This document shows, in pieces, positions 13,400-25,658 of a DNA stretch of 64,000 nt. The DNA lies in contig OX597823.1 in assembly GCA_951406725.2 (NCBI GenBank), positions 97,216,001-97,280,000 on the forward strand. The letters are read 5' to 3'. The stretch comes from Octopus vulgaris (taxonomy: Eukaryota). Every line of letters starts with the position of its first letter. Position 1 is the stretch's first letter. Under the pieces are notes generated by a model. It saw only the letters and a list, made by a program, of their open reading frames with translations. It did no database searches and had not been told where the DNA came from. The translations under genes were made by a program, and so were the position numbers.

Positions 13400-13670
13400 C
13401 GGGTACACAACCGGCAAGCATCTCGGTGTATTTGCAGACAAATACTGAATGGAAGGTGAATGGGTGTAGGGTACTGTCGATCTGTAAATATAGTCCATCA
13501 CTGACGAGATCAAGGAAGGTCGAAGTCATATGATCTGGTGGTTCCGGCGCTGGAGGTGACGGGGATTTATCTCCCTGCTGGCAATATAATCAGGAGTGCA
13601 TTTTGCACCAAAAGCCAATATCAGAGTTTCTCTCGTGGTATCTACCGCAGTATAGTTTGTTCTAACAGAC
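13400..13670 (-). repeat. Unclassified dispersed repeat (second copy at 58147-58355, plus strand)
   Basis: Reverse-complement similarity, e.g. TCTGTTAGAACAAACTATAC(T/C)GC(G/A)GTAGATACC. Confidence 0.7.
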
Positions 13671-14217
13671 CATCCATATTTAAGTGGGCATAAATATTAT
13701 CTTTCGTTATTAATACTGTCTCTGTCTCTAATACATATTTTTGAATGAAATTTTCACCTAATAAATTAAATATGACTCACAAGAACACACACGCCTGGCG
13801 GTATACATTATCCTTACCAAAACAGCTTTTTTAGACTTTTAATCAACGAACGTTCCTTCAGAACTTCTGTATCTAACTTATTTTTTAAGACATTAGTGCC
13901 CATTGACAGAATTGTCAAAGAATTAATTTGTTTTTGTATTTCGAAGAACATAAAGACATGCTGTCGTGCTTCCTGGCATGTCACGCACCAGGTGACTTCT
14001 CGACTTGTCGGTACCTTCAGCCGACACTGGATAAACATTCGACGGACTTCCGCACAATTTCTAGCTTAGAAAATTAACAAACAAGGCATTGGTCAACCTA
14101 CGACAATGGTGGAAGACGCCAATCCAAGATGCTATGCAGTTGGATGCTTGACAGTTTTTTAGCCAATTTATTAGATGAGCTCTTTGTTAAACATATCTCC
14201 GAAACCTACCATCTCCG

Positions 14218-14277
<60 letters not shown>

Positions 14278-14959
14278 GTAAAATATGAAAAAATCAACGA
14301 AAGGGACACAGAAAAAACAAGGAGAGAAAAAATGTGTGTAGTGGCTAAAGATCTATCATGTGTGCGTGTGCGTGCGTATGTATGCATGTGTGTGCGTATG
14401 TATGCATGTGTGTGCGTGTGTATATGTATGTATTTGTGTATGTATGTGTGTTAGTACAACGAAAATGAGGAGTCGAGAGAAATAACTCAGAATGGTCAGT
14501 GAAATGAATGTGCCACGACAAAGACGAAGAAAGTTGTACGAATTACCAAATGAGGTAAATTCTTGATTTATTGTAATACTGAAGTTATCTTTGTTTCGAG
14601 AGAAGGTGGACAAACACCTAGCGATAACTGCAACCGACTCCAAATGAGAAGCGGTTATAGTCTCAAGAAATCAACAATTCACCGGAATATGGAGATAACG
14701 TGTTTGCAGATAGATTGTGAATAAGTTTACATGTATACTTTCAATAAGCATGCAATTGACCTTGCTTCATAAAGAGAGCTGGTGGTAAACCAAATAAGCT
14801 TTTACAGGACGATCCAAAGCATAACTTAATTGGTTTCGCCTGGTTATTGCTGGTTCATCAGGAGTGTCTACTTCGTTGTTCTACAGAAAACAACCTTAAC
14901 TTACAACTATGGAAGAAAGCTATGTGTAGCTGGCATTGATTTTCATAGAAGTACATTCA

Positions 14960-15280
14960 TTAAGAGATGAGGAATTATGTACATTATTTATATTATTTAC
15001 ATTCGACGGATATGCCCACGGGCATACGGCGTAGTGGTTAAGAGCGCAGGCTACTAACCCCAAGATTCCGAGTTCAATTCCAAGCAGTGATCTGAACAAT
15101 AATAATAATGATAATAATAATAATAATAATAATAATATCGAAAAATACCTTAGGAATGAGAACCCAGGTTCGAAATTTCCCCAAGACACATGAAAGAGGG
15201 TGGAGGGTATATCAGCCGAAACATTGTGTTAACAACAAACAAGATGTGGACAAATATCCGTCGAATGTAAATAATGTATA
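14960..15280 (+). mobile_element. tRNA-headed, hammerhead-bearing SINE-like element (family D), copy 1
   Basis: A/B boxes at 15028-15080, (AAT)n linker, degenerate HHR at ~15186-15229, inverted copy of its own 3' tail at 14960-15013. Confidence 0.7.
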
Positions 15281-15915
15281 TTCATAAAGACGGTGAACTT
15301 GTAGAACCGTTGGTACATTGGACAAAATGCTTAGCAGCGTCTCTTCGGGGGCCTTTACGTTCTGAGTTCAAATTTCACCGAGGCCAAATTTGTTTTCAAT
15401 CCTTTCAGGATCGATAAAATATGCACCAGTCAAATACTAGATCTGTGTAATTGATTTGCTCCTTCCCTCAAAACTGTTGGCACTGTGCCAAAATTTGTGA
15501 CATTATAGTAGTACATTCATCGGCTACGTTTTGACTGTAGTACAGATGTAGCGCGAGTGTGTGGCTAGATTTGAATTACTTTTACATGCGTACGTTAAAT
15601 AAACACATTTAATCCAGCTGTGTAAAGTGATGATCTGTTTAAACAAGACTTGCTCTGCAAAACAAGCACCAGGACTCGTACGCATGTAAACATATTTACA
15701 GTTTATCCAGATGTGTGTTCTTTGGGCGGGTGTGGCCTTTGTGTTTGTCTCACACAGCTTGACAGCCAGTGTTGGTTTGTTTACGCCCCATAACTTAACG
15801 GTTTGGCAAGAAGAGTCCGATAGAAAAAGTACGACTTAAAAAATAAGTATTGCGGTCGATTTCATCGATTCATCGACTAAACACCTCAAAGCAGTAAAAG
15901 CAAGTAAAAGAATAG

Positions 15916-15989
<74 letters not shown>

Positions 15990-16171
15990 AAGTGTTATAA
16001 TTTCGATTAAGCATGGCGATACTAATAACCTGGTGTTATACACATGCTTCAGAACGAAGCGTTAGTCGAGTACAGAGCAGTAATAAGAAATTAGAATGAC
16101 AAAGGAATAAGAAATTATATCATGAACTTCATTGGCTTACATCTGTTTCTGCTATAAGATGTAATGCACGA

Positions 16172-16582
16172 GGCGGCGAGCTGGCAGAAACGTTAGCACG
16201 CCGGGCGAAATGCGTAGCCGTATTTCGGCTGCCGCTACGTTCTGAGTTCAAATTCCGCCGGGGTCGACTTTGCCTTTCATCCTTTCGGGGGTCGATTAAA
16301 TAAGTACCAGTTACGCACTGGGGTCGATGTAATCGACATAATCCGTTTGTCTGTCCTTGTTTGTCCCCTTTGTGTTTAGCCCCTTGTGGGTAGTAAAGAA
16401 ATAGGTATTTCGTCTGCCGCTACGTTCTGAGTTCAAATTCCGCCGAGATCGACTTTGCTTTTCATCCTTTTGGGGTCGATAAAGTACCAGTTACGCACTG
16501 GGGTCGATGTAATCGACTTAATCCCTTTATCTGTCTTTGTTTGTCCCCTCTGTGTTTAGCCTCTTGTGGCCAATAAAGAAAT
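16172..16582 (+). mobile_element. SINE family A, dimeric form
   Basis: Full unit plus head-less second unit; 17-bp TSD TATAAGATGTAATGCAC flanks the whole dimer. Confidence 0.9.
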
Positions 16583-16799
16583 ATATAAGATGTAATGCAC
16601 TCATTGTTGAATGCTTGTGTACCACCCCATAGCTTCGTCGGAGCTTCAAACATGAAGAGCAATTTTATCTAGGGAAACATTTGCATTTATATATATCATA
16701 CACAAAAAAGCATTACCGTGGACAAAGCATAATCGTATGTATGAAACGGAACTTTTATTCTACTCTTGGGAAGAGCTTCTCCTCATTAAACCCCTGAAT

Positions 16800-17105
16800 T
16801 AATTTCCTACATACTGGAGGATTCGTCGGTTACGATGCTGAGAGTTCTAGTTGATTCGATTAACGGAACAACCTGCTCGTGAACTTAACGTGCAAGTGGT
16901 TCAGCACTTAACAGAGTTCTCAAGGGGACACACCGAATGTGTCAAGGCTGGACCGTTGAAATACAGATACAACTCATTTTTGCCAGTTGAGTGGAGTGGA
17001 GCAACGCGAAATAAAGTGTCTTGCGCAAAGACACAACGCACCGCGGAGAATCGAACTCACGACCTTTCAATCATGGGTCGAATACACTAACCACTAAGCC
17101 ACTCG
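16800..17105 (-). mobile_element. tRNA-derived SINE family F
   Basis: Minus-strand head GGCTTAGTGGTTAG...GAGTTCGATTC followed by TTGTGTCTTTGCGCAAGACAC and CCACTCAACTGGCAAAAATGAGT core. Confidence 0.75.
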
Positions 17106-17338
17106 TCTTCTTGCAATGCTTGATCCATACAAGAAATATGTTTTGAGTACGTCCTAAGGTTTTCATTCAGTTTAGCCGTAGCTCAGTTTTGAAACTGAAG
17201 TAGTGAGGGAAAAATCGAACACAACAATTAACATTGTCCCTGAAAATGTAAGCCGACACACCATCGGAATGAAAGACATTGTAGGTTGTTCCCCAACTCC
17301 ATCTCTTTAAAAGATATTATCTCTTTTCTTTCATTTAG

Positions 17339-17576
17339 GATGCAGACTTCACTGAATAGAAGCAGAATGAAGAATGCAAAATTATTTGATGAAATTTCTG
17401 ATTTAAACAAAGAAATATACAGATACAAAAGACGTCTTGAAAGAGCATACAGACCAATTGATGCTACTTATGAGACAAAGCCAAGACGCCCTGTTTACGA
17501 CAGTTACTCAACACTAAGATGCCCTGAGATATATTATCATGCTCCTTCTTTCGGTTTTTACGATGAAGACTGGGAA
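17339..17576 (+). CDS. Orphan gene, coding exon 2 (coiled-coil-like LFDEISDLNKEIYRYKRRLE)
   Basis: Pyrimidine tract + TTTAG acceptor, 238-nt stop-free frame, GAA|GTAAGT donor; unique non-repetitive sequence. Confidence 0.7.
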
Positions 17577-17753
17577 GTAAGTTAATTTTAAATAATTTAT
17601 TTTTACAACACTTTATTCATCACAAATTGATTTTAATCTTGTTTAATTTTCGCAAAAAAAGATACCTAAATGTTCCATCTTCTATTGAAATTTTCCCTTT
17701 TATATGGCACTACTCTGTATTGGAACATGATTTTTGCATTTTCTTAGAGTATA

Positions 17754-19046
17754 CGAGGGGCGTTCAATAAGTAATGCCTCTGACTCACTTGCAATTGTTT
17801 AATCTAGCTGAAATTTTGCATGTGTAATTATTTATATCTCTATAGATTAAGTGGTAAATTACAGCTCTGAACTAATTGTGGTTTCTGATTTACAGGTGTT
17901 TGAACTGAGTCAAGTGTGAAATGGAGCCTGTTGAGTGTCGGGCAGTGATCCGCTTTTTATATTTGAAAGGACGCACACCACGGGAGACTTTTGATGAAAT
18001 GAAAGTAACTTATGGTGATGATGCCCCATCATATGACCTTGTAAAACGCTGGCATTGTGAATTCAAACATGGTCGGAACTCTGTGGAAACAGCTCCCAGA
18101 TCTGGTCGCCCCCCTACTGCTATTGATGAGGCATCTGTCCATCAAGTTGAGGCTGCCATTTTGGAAGATCGACGCATAACTATTCGCCAAATAGCCCATA
18201 AGGTCAAGATTAGTACCGGGTCTGTGGAAACCAATCATTCATGACCATTTGCATATGCAAAAGGTGTCTGCCAGATGGATTCCCAGGTTGCTCACATCTT
18301 TCCGGAAGCAAGAACGCGTCGAGTGCTTGAGGATGAATTTGGAGATGTGCCAAGAAGATGAATCTAAATTTTTCAAAAGACTGATTACACAGGATGAAAC
18401 CTGGGTCCATCACTATGATCCAGAGACAAAAGCCCAGTCAATGCAGTGGAAGCACCGTGACTCACCTCCTCCAAAGAAGGCAAGGGTGCAGCCCTCCGCT
18501 AGCAAGGTCATGCTCATAGTCTTCTGGGACCAGGACGGAGTAGTGATGACAGATTTCCTGGCAAAGGGTACCACAATTACAGGAGCCTATTATGCTTCAC
18601 TTTTGATGAAATTAAGAGAAGCTATCAAAATCAAGAGGCGGGGCAAGATCAGCAAAGGCATCCTCCTCCTGCAGGACAACGCTCCGGTCCACAACTCGAT
18701 GGTCGCCAGATCAGAAGCACAGGCATGCGGCTATGAACTCCTCCCCCATGCCCCTACTCTCTTGACCTTGCACCCTCGGATTTTCACCTTTTCCCAGCCA
18801 TGAAGTTGTTTTTGAAAGGAAAGCGTTTCCCAGATGATGCAGCCTTGATTTCTGAAGTCACGTCGTGGTTGGAGGACCAAGCTGGGGTCTTCTACAAAAA
18901 CGGTCTCCAGAGCTGCATCAAACGATGGGAGAAATGCGTAACTCTGGGTGGTTTCTATGTAGAAAAAGACTGATAACTGTGCCAAGTTTCGTTGCTCTAC
19001 TACTATGGGAAGTGGGTCAGGGGCATTACTTATTGAACGCCCCTCA
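17754..19046 (+). mobile_element. Full-length mariner (DD34D) DNA transposon
   Basis: ~37-bp TIRs (CGAGGGGCGTTCAATAAGTAATGCC...), TA TSD on both sides, 1293 bp. Confidence 0.97.
17921..18973 (+). pseudogene. Mariner transposase with two frameshifts
   Basis: HTH, WIPRLL, TQDETWV, QDNAPVH and YSLDLAPSD motifs (D34D); +1 frameshift at ~18234 and -1 at ~18752; TGA at 18971-18973. Confidence 0.95.
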
Positions 19047-19102
19047 TACCTTGATACATCACGTCAATGCAGACTTTCACTATTATAATCGCATTTCAGT
19101 AA

Positions 19103-19489
19103 TCTATATATATAAAGCTGAAGTTGTCTGTGTATGGCAAGTTTGGTAGCCTTCAACTAACACTATCTCCTCCGAGACTCTGCGGTACAAGTTGACCAAA
19201 ATTGAGAGTATGATAGAAGGCTTGTTCTTCCTTCCGTAGAAGACAAAATTCAAATCGGACCAGGTTAACACCAAAAATTATTTACATCAAAAAGGTGCTT
19301 TTTTTCTATGAAAATCCCTATTTTTTACGATTTTTTTACTGCTGTATCGCCATTTTTCGGTGTATTTCAACCAGAAACATGTTCACTTAAAGAGAATAAC
19401 AAGCTACATAATGCAAAATTTTTACTATTCAAAAATTCCAATTCTAAAGGGTCGAAACAAACCCGAGCAACGCCGGGCGATACTGCTAG
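19103..19489 (+). mobile_element. Non-autonomous Helitron, copy 2 (complete)
   Basis: A|TC start, CCCGAGCAACGCCGGG hairpin ~12 nt before CTAG|T, no TSD. Confidence 0.88.
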
Positions 19490-19885
19490 TTATAGTAATT
19501 ATTCCTTCAATAAGTAATTGATTATCTGCGGAGCGTCCAGAGTTATATCCAAACAGTGTTAGGATGTTGAAACAATATAACTGTAATTATTAACAATAAT
19601 ATTTTAAAAGATAGTCCAGTTCTGTATGGTATTTCGAAGCCCAGTCCTGAATTTCTAATGTTAGATCAGGCACTGCTACTAACACATAGTATAGGTAATT
19701 CCATTAACAAAACGTCAAGAACTTGCTAAAGTTCTTCTCTTTCATTCCTTTAGTTTTCTTTACTGCAACAATACTTGTGATTTCTTAAATATATTTGTAG
19801 TAATTACATAGAGGACATTGTCCGAGTATATCTAATAATTATAGTCTATAATATGCATGGAGTGCATTTTGTTCTTGTTCGATAT

Positions 19886-19939
<54 letters not shown>

Positions 19940-20279
19940 GAACGTTGAGCTGGATTGAATGAATAAGAGAAGGGCACTCAATATGTTGTGTAGAATATAA
20001 GGAATGAACTGAATGTTATCTTGCGATTCGAGTTTCAAATCATTGCGATCTTCAGGTAAGAACTGTTAAAAATAGGTTTGATGGTGTCTTTATATTCGTT
20101 GGTATCCCTCTGATCACATCTTGTATTTCCTTACGGGTTTGGGTAAGGATTTGCTTTCATTTTTCTGCCTCGTCAGTGAGTATTTTGTTTTCTGATGGAT
20201 TGGTTATCTTTTGTCTGTTACTGATAAAGGGCCTGCTTTTAATTTGTTATCTGTATATTCTGCTATTTTAGTTAAAGCT

Positions 20280-20750
20280 GTATTTTGAACTATCCATTTG
20301 CTTAACTGTCTAGATGTCCACTTCGTGGAATATTTCGAAGAGATCAACCTTTGATTTGTTGCTTATGTTTTCTAACCCTATCTATTAGTTTTGATCCTGT
20401 TTGGCCGATATAATTCTCAATGCATCGTAGACAGATAATGCAGTAAATATGAAGTTTTTTTTTTTTTTTCAATTCATTTTTACCATTAACTTTCAATTCT
20501 TTCCCGTTCTTGAAATTTTTAGTTTTGCTAAAATTCAATTAATTCACATGTCCCACGACGAAGGTGTTCGCGCTTTGTTTCCTGCATTTTCTCTTCTGAT
20601 GTGAATTTTATCTTCGTAAAGAGTCTTTTAAGATTTCTTTAATGTCTTCAGCTGTTGTTAATTTGTAACTCTCATTGATGATTGCTGTAGAAATGGAAGG
20701 TACTTTTTGGTAAAATGTAAGATGTAATAGTTTCTAGGATTATCGGGTAG
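20280..20750 (-). mobile_element. Penelope-like retroelement fragment (GIY-YIG endonuclease)
   Basis: IYCIICLRCIENYIGQTGSKLIDRVRKHKQQI plus upstream ...GTCELIE zinc-linker remnant and downstream GHLD...ANG.FKI. Confidence 0.8.
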
Positions 20751-21229
20751 TACAAATGGAATATTTGTGTTTTTCTCTTCCCCCTCATTTTGAGTGTTTC
20801 TCCGTAAGTGAGAGATCGAAATTTCTTTTGCCGTGGTTATGGCATGCTTTTTACGTTTTTACGTTTTTCCGGTATTTTCGTTTCTACAGGATTGTTTTTA
20901 GTTTTGTCAGTTGTCTCACTAGTCAAATATACAGAATGTGTGTGTGTGTGTGTGTGTGTGTTTGTTTTTTTGTTTTTGAAGGATGGTTTAGATAAAAACA
21001 AGCAAAAGGGAAAAGGTTGAAAAAGTTTCTGATGAAACGAATGAGCACTAAAATTTCTCCGGTTGGATTGTGGAGACCGGTTAAATGAGTGATGGATATT
21101 TGTTCAAGCTACCAGTTGTTCTCAAATAAAGACAAAGTCGTCATACAAAGTTTGCAATGAATCACATTTATTTACATAAAGACGTTACAGAGATTTACTG
21201 CCGAAAATATTAAACTGAAAGCCAGTTTA

Positions 21230-21480
21230 TTTGGCTATAGGTGAAATAATTCTATCTTTGTGTTCGTTGTAGCCGAGGTGATTCTTTTTAACTCGAGGTT
21301 GAGCGGTGACCAACAATCCTTTGTCACCCCTTGAACTTCAGCTTTCACATGACTCTCTGTGCTGAATGGGAAGAACCCCATTCCGGAGATTTGTATTCGC
21401 GACCGTACTCTTTCGGTCATTACCCAACATTTATGACCATAGGTGAAGACAGACACGAAAACCGAATTGAGCTAGTTAAC
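21230..21480 (-). mobile_element. RTE-like LINE fragment
   Basis: TYGHKCWVMTERVRSRIQ...EMGF-like RT thumb motif. Confidence 0.65.
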
Positions 21481-22012
21481 AGAATAGATACTGTTACTGC
21501 TAATTTTGTTAAGTTACAGACCGGAGTGTAGCGTCGTCAAAGCTTCATCTAATGCATGAGATATAGATGTCACGGCGAGCTATTAATTGTACTCTGGCGA
21601 AATGAATGTATTATATCATCAAATCGCATTTATCAAACACATGATCGTTGTCCTCGGTATCCAAGGACGAGATAAGCTTTTGATGCAGAAATTCTTCACT
21701 TAACAAAAATTCGTTGAGTGGAAACCCTTCTAAATCTGCGTTTTGTGGTGAATTAAATACAAATACTGGTGGCAGTAAGCATCACGGACAACGTTTATAG
21801 AACTGTATCAAACGCCTTAAAAACATAAAATTATCAATTCTGATACTGGGATAGAAATGGAATGACTGTTTGCATAGAACAGCTTCCTCTAAGCTTACGT
21901 TCATTCTCTGGTACTAGAAGCTAGAGGAATCGCTTACAATAAGGAGTTATGAGTGAAAATTCAAACATTCATGATAGTGAATTTATATATGTATGTCTGT
22001 ATGTATGTATGC

Positions 22013-22118
22013 ATACATATACGCATACATATATACATACATGCATACATACATACATACATACATACATACATACATACATACATACATACATACATAC
22101 ATACATACATACATACAT
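22013..22118. repeat. (ACAT)n microsatellite
   Basis: Direct reading. Confidence 0.95.
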
Positions 22119-22268
22119 GTATGTGTGTTTGTTTGCCTATGCAAACATATGTATGATTAAATATGTATAAAAGTTTTTCATTAATGGGGATCTATTTACT
22201 CTGAATCTTGTTTGTGTATTATATAAATGATTTCAAATAAAACGCATTTACTCTCTATTTTTCCATAG

Positions 22269-22376
22269 ATAAAAAGAGCTCCAGCCCCTGCAGATCCTGT
22301 TGTCCAGAAGTCGTACCGAACTAAAGACGGAGTTTTACACCATATTTATACAGTAAAATCTGCACTCAAGTATTAA
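22269..22376 (+). CDS. Orphan gene, terminal coding exon (IKRAPAPADPVVQKSYRTKDGVLHHIYTVKSALKY*)
   Basis: Pyrimidine-rich TTTTTCCATAG acceptor, phase 0 matches the upstream donor, TAA at 22374-22376, followed by an AT-rich 3'UTR-like region with AATAAA at ~22864 and ~22955. Confidence 0.6.
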   Translation: MKRAPAPADPVVQKSYRTKDGVLHHIYTVKSALKY

Positions 22377-23590
22377 AATACTAAAAGAATATAAACTATT
22401 CTGTCCAGAACTTACGTTAGTAAACACTTTGAAAATATGAAGTAACTTATAACAGTGATTATTTCAGTTGATTTGTTTTTCATTTGCCTGTCGACATTAA
22501 CAACTAATATTGCTATTTATTTGGTTCAATTTCATATTTAACATACTAAAATGTTGGAGAACATCTTCGGCGAGAAGAAGTAATATTTTAAATCCGGTAT
22601 TGAAAGACAATGACAACCGGAAAAAAGAAATGGATTTGAAAGTTGGCTTTCACCCTGTTTAACGACCACGCTTACTTTCTGCTTATTTTCTGACAGAATG
22701 TTCCGACTTGTATAAAAGCAGTTTCTAACAATATACAATATTGTTATAATGCATTCCCTGCAAGAAAATAAGAAATACATTTAAAAAATGTAAATGCGTC
22801 AAGAATATTGTTTGGTAATTATAATGCATTCGTAACTTTATGTAACAACATAAATTTCCATAAAATAAATTGATATACCATCTTACAAGCATTCTGTTTA
22901 AACATCATTAACGAATGTTGAAAAATAATGTATTCTTAATATAAAGCTTAAGAGAATAAAACATCATTTATGTATGGAATGAATAATCTTATTGATTATT
23001 TTTAGCGATATAAAGTGAAAGTAGTTAAACTTAAAACAGATGATATTTTCAAGAAATTCAGGACATTGAAAACATCGATCATAAAACAACGTAAAAGATT
23101 TAGTTCTAATTGAAAGTTTTAATTTAATGAATTAATGCATGTGGTAAATACATATGAAAGTGAAGTTCTAAACGAAGCCAGAGACATAATGGAGAAATTT
23201 TCGTTTCAATCCGAACAACAAATTAAATGGCAATTTTAAAAGAAGGAACGTGGTTGTTTATTTATTGATTTTAATGAGAGACAATCCCCAGAGTTGGACA
23301 GCTTTTCAGCTGAGACAAAAATTGCGATAACTTTCGGTTTTGCATTTAGTTTGAATTAAATCTGAAAGAAATGTTTTTGCTATAACTAGAGTTATAATTT
23401 TCAGTGGAGAATCTGTATTTAGGTATTTTATTTCACTTTTCAATGTTTCGTGTTTCAACTTCTACTGAAATTACTCAAAAGCCAGTATACACGGAATGAA
23501 TCAGGCAAACCCCAACAGATGGGTTGTAATGATAAATGGGGATATCGTACTTTCTTTATACAGCATTACATAAAAAGAGACTCAAGTCAA

Positions 23591-23821
23591 GGCGGCGAGC
23601 TGACAGAATCGCTAACATGCCGGGCGAAATGCGTAGCCGTATTTCGTCTGCCGTTACGTTCTGAGTTCAAATTCCGCCGAGGTCGACTTTACCTTTCATC
23701 CTTTCGGGGTCGATAAATTAAGTACCAGTTACGCGCTGGGGTCGATGTAATCGACTTAATCCGTTTGTCTGTCTTTGTTTGTCCCCTCTGTGTTTAGCCC
23801 CTTGTGGGTAGTAAAGAAATA
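23591..23821 (+). mobile_element. SINE family A
   Basis: Full-length match to the 4774 copy. Confidence 0.9.
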
Positions 23822-23990
23822 GATATAGTTCTAACTTATCCCCAAGGATTCAAACTTATCAAAAAGCGATTTCTTCGACATTACTTTCTAAAATGGTTCA
23901 AGTTAATATAGATCCTGCTCTCTCTTCAAGAAAATCGCCTGTCTCTTAATCCTCACTTCACGCACATACGCGTCTAAAAGTTTACATATA

Positions 23991-24417
23991 GGCGTAGGAG
24001 TGGCTGTGTGGTAAGTAGCTTGTTTACGAACCACATGGCTCCGGGTTCAGTCCCACTGCATGGCACCTTGGGCAAGTGCCTTCTACTATAGCCTCGGGCT
24101 GGCTAAAGCCTTGTGAGTGGATTTGGTAGACGGAAACAGAAAGAATCCCGTCGTATATATGTATATATATATATGTATATATGTATGTGTGTATACGTTT
24201 GTGTGTCTGTGTTTGTCACCCCAACATCGTTCACAACCGATGCTGGTATGTTTACGTCCCCGTAACCTAGCGGTTCGACAAAATAGACCGACAGAATATG
24301 TACTAGGCTTACAAAGAATAAGTCCTAGGGTCGATTTACTCAACTAAAGGCGGTGCTCCAGCATGGCCACAGTCAAATGACTGAAACAATTAAATGAGTA
24401 AAAGAGAGTAAAAGAGT
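23991..24417 (+). mobile_element. SINE family B
   Basis: GGCGTAGGAGTGGCTGTGTGGTAAG head, ACCTTGGGCAAGT core, (GAGTAAAA)n tail. Confidence 0.9.
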
Positions 24418-24649
24418 ATATGTGTATACACACACACACACGCACACACGCACGCACGCGCACAGTGTCGATGCGTAGTCTAGTAGTCACGATCATAATA
24501 CCTAGCTTCAATTCCTTCCTGGACCGAGCGGCGCCTTATGTCCTTGAGCAAAGTACTTCAATTCCCGTTGCTCTAGTATACTCAATTTAAATTAATACCA
24601 ACTGATTCAGTTCTCTCTCACCCTCTCTCTCTCTCTCTCCCTCCACCCC

Positions 24650-24703
<54 letters not shown>

Positions 24704-25261
24704 ATGGGCTCCTGCAGTCCAGAAAGTGCCTCTGCCTGCTCGCAAGGCACCTAAACCAAAGAGGAAAATGAAACAATTAGCATGGTACATATTTCTCAAA
24801 AGAGACTCCAACTTAACAATGTAAAGAAATTCACATAGATAAACAATATTTTCTCCCGTGATTGTAAGATAGCTAACGAGCTGTTGCCATCCGCCCATCC
24901 ATCTTGTTCGCCCAGTGTTCCCGGGAGTGTCTTCCTTTCTCTTTCTCCTTCTCAAACACACACACACACATTGTTGTGTTTTGCGATTAGTTTTAGCTGC
25001 TACGGAATAAAAAAAAGAAAAAACTAAATGCATTAAATGTATCCACTAAACGAATAGACTATATAAAAATAGACTACGTACTGTTCGTTCACTCTTCACA
25101 GTAGCAACGCAATCTAATCTGTCAGATGGAACTGTGCAGATGTAAGCATTTTGCCATTGGATTTACCTACATCAACAATAATCTCTATCAATTAATATCA
25201 GTGAGATACGTCTCCACAAATGCCTAGATTTATGGAAAATATCTTGTCATTTAATTCTCAA

Positions 25262-25658
25262 CAAGCAGTATCGCCCGGCGTTGCTTGGGTTTGTTTCGAC
25301 CCTTTAAAATTGGAATTTTTGAAAAGTAAAAATTTTGCATTATGTAGCTTGTTATTCTCTTTAAGTGAACTTTTTTCTGGTTGAAATACACCGAAAATTG
25401 GCGACAATGCAGTCAAAAAATCGTAAAAAATAGGGATTTTCATAGAAAAAAAAATAGCACCTTTTTGATGTAAATAATTTTTGGTGTTAACATGGTCCGA
25501 TTTGAATTTTTTTCTTCTACAGAAGGGAGAGCAAGCCTTCTTCTATCATACTCTCAATTTTGGTCAACTTGCGCCGCAGGGTCTCGGAGGAGATAGTGTT
25601 AATTGAAGGCTACCAAACCTGCCATACACAGACAACTTCAGCTTTATATATAGAGAGA
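25262..25658 (-). mobile_element. Non-autonomous Helitron, copy 3
   Basis: Reverse copy with hairpin; 3' CTTG (mutated CTAG). Confidence 0.85.

Noticed and set aside
14455-14553. Possible extra exon ending GAG|GTAAAT
   Set aside because: Weak acceptor inside a microsatellite and an in-frame stop in the phase needed to join 17339
15020-15090. tRNA gene candidates (also heads at 4774, 23991, 60745, 61862)
   Set aside because: No complete cloverleaf acceptor stem; each continues into a repeated SINE body
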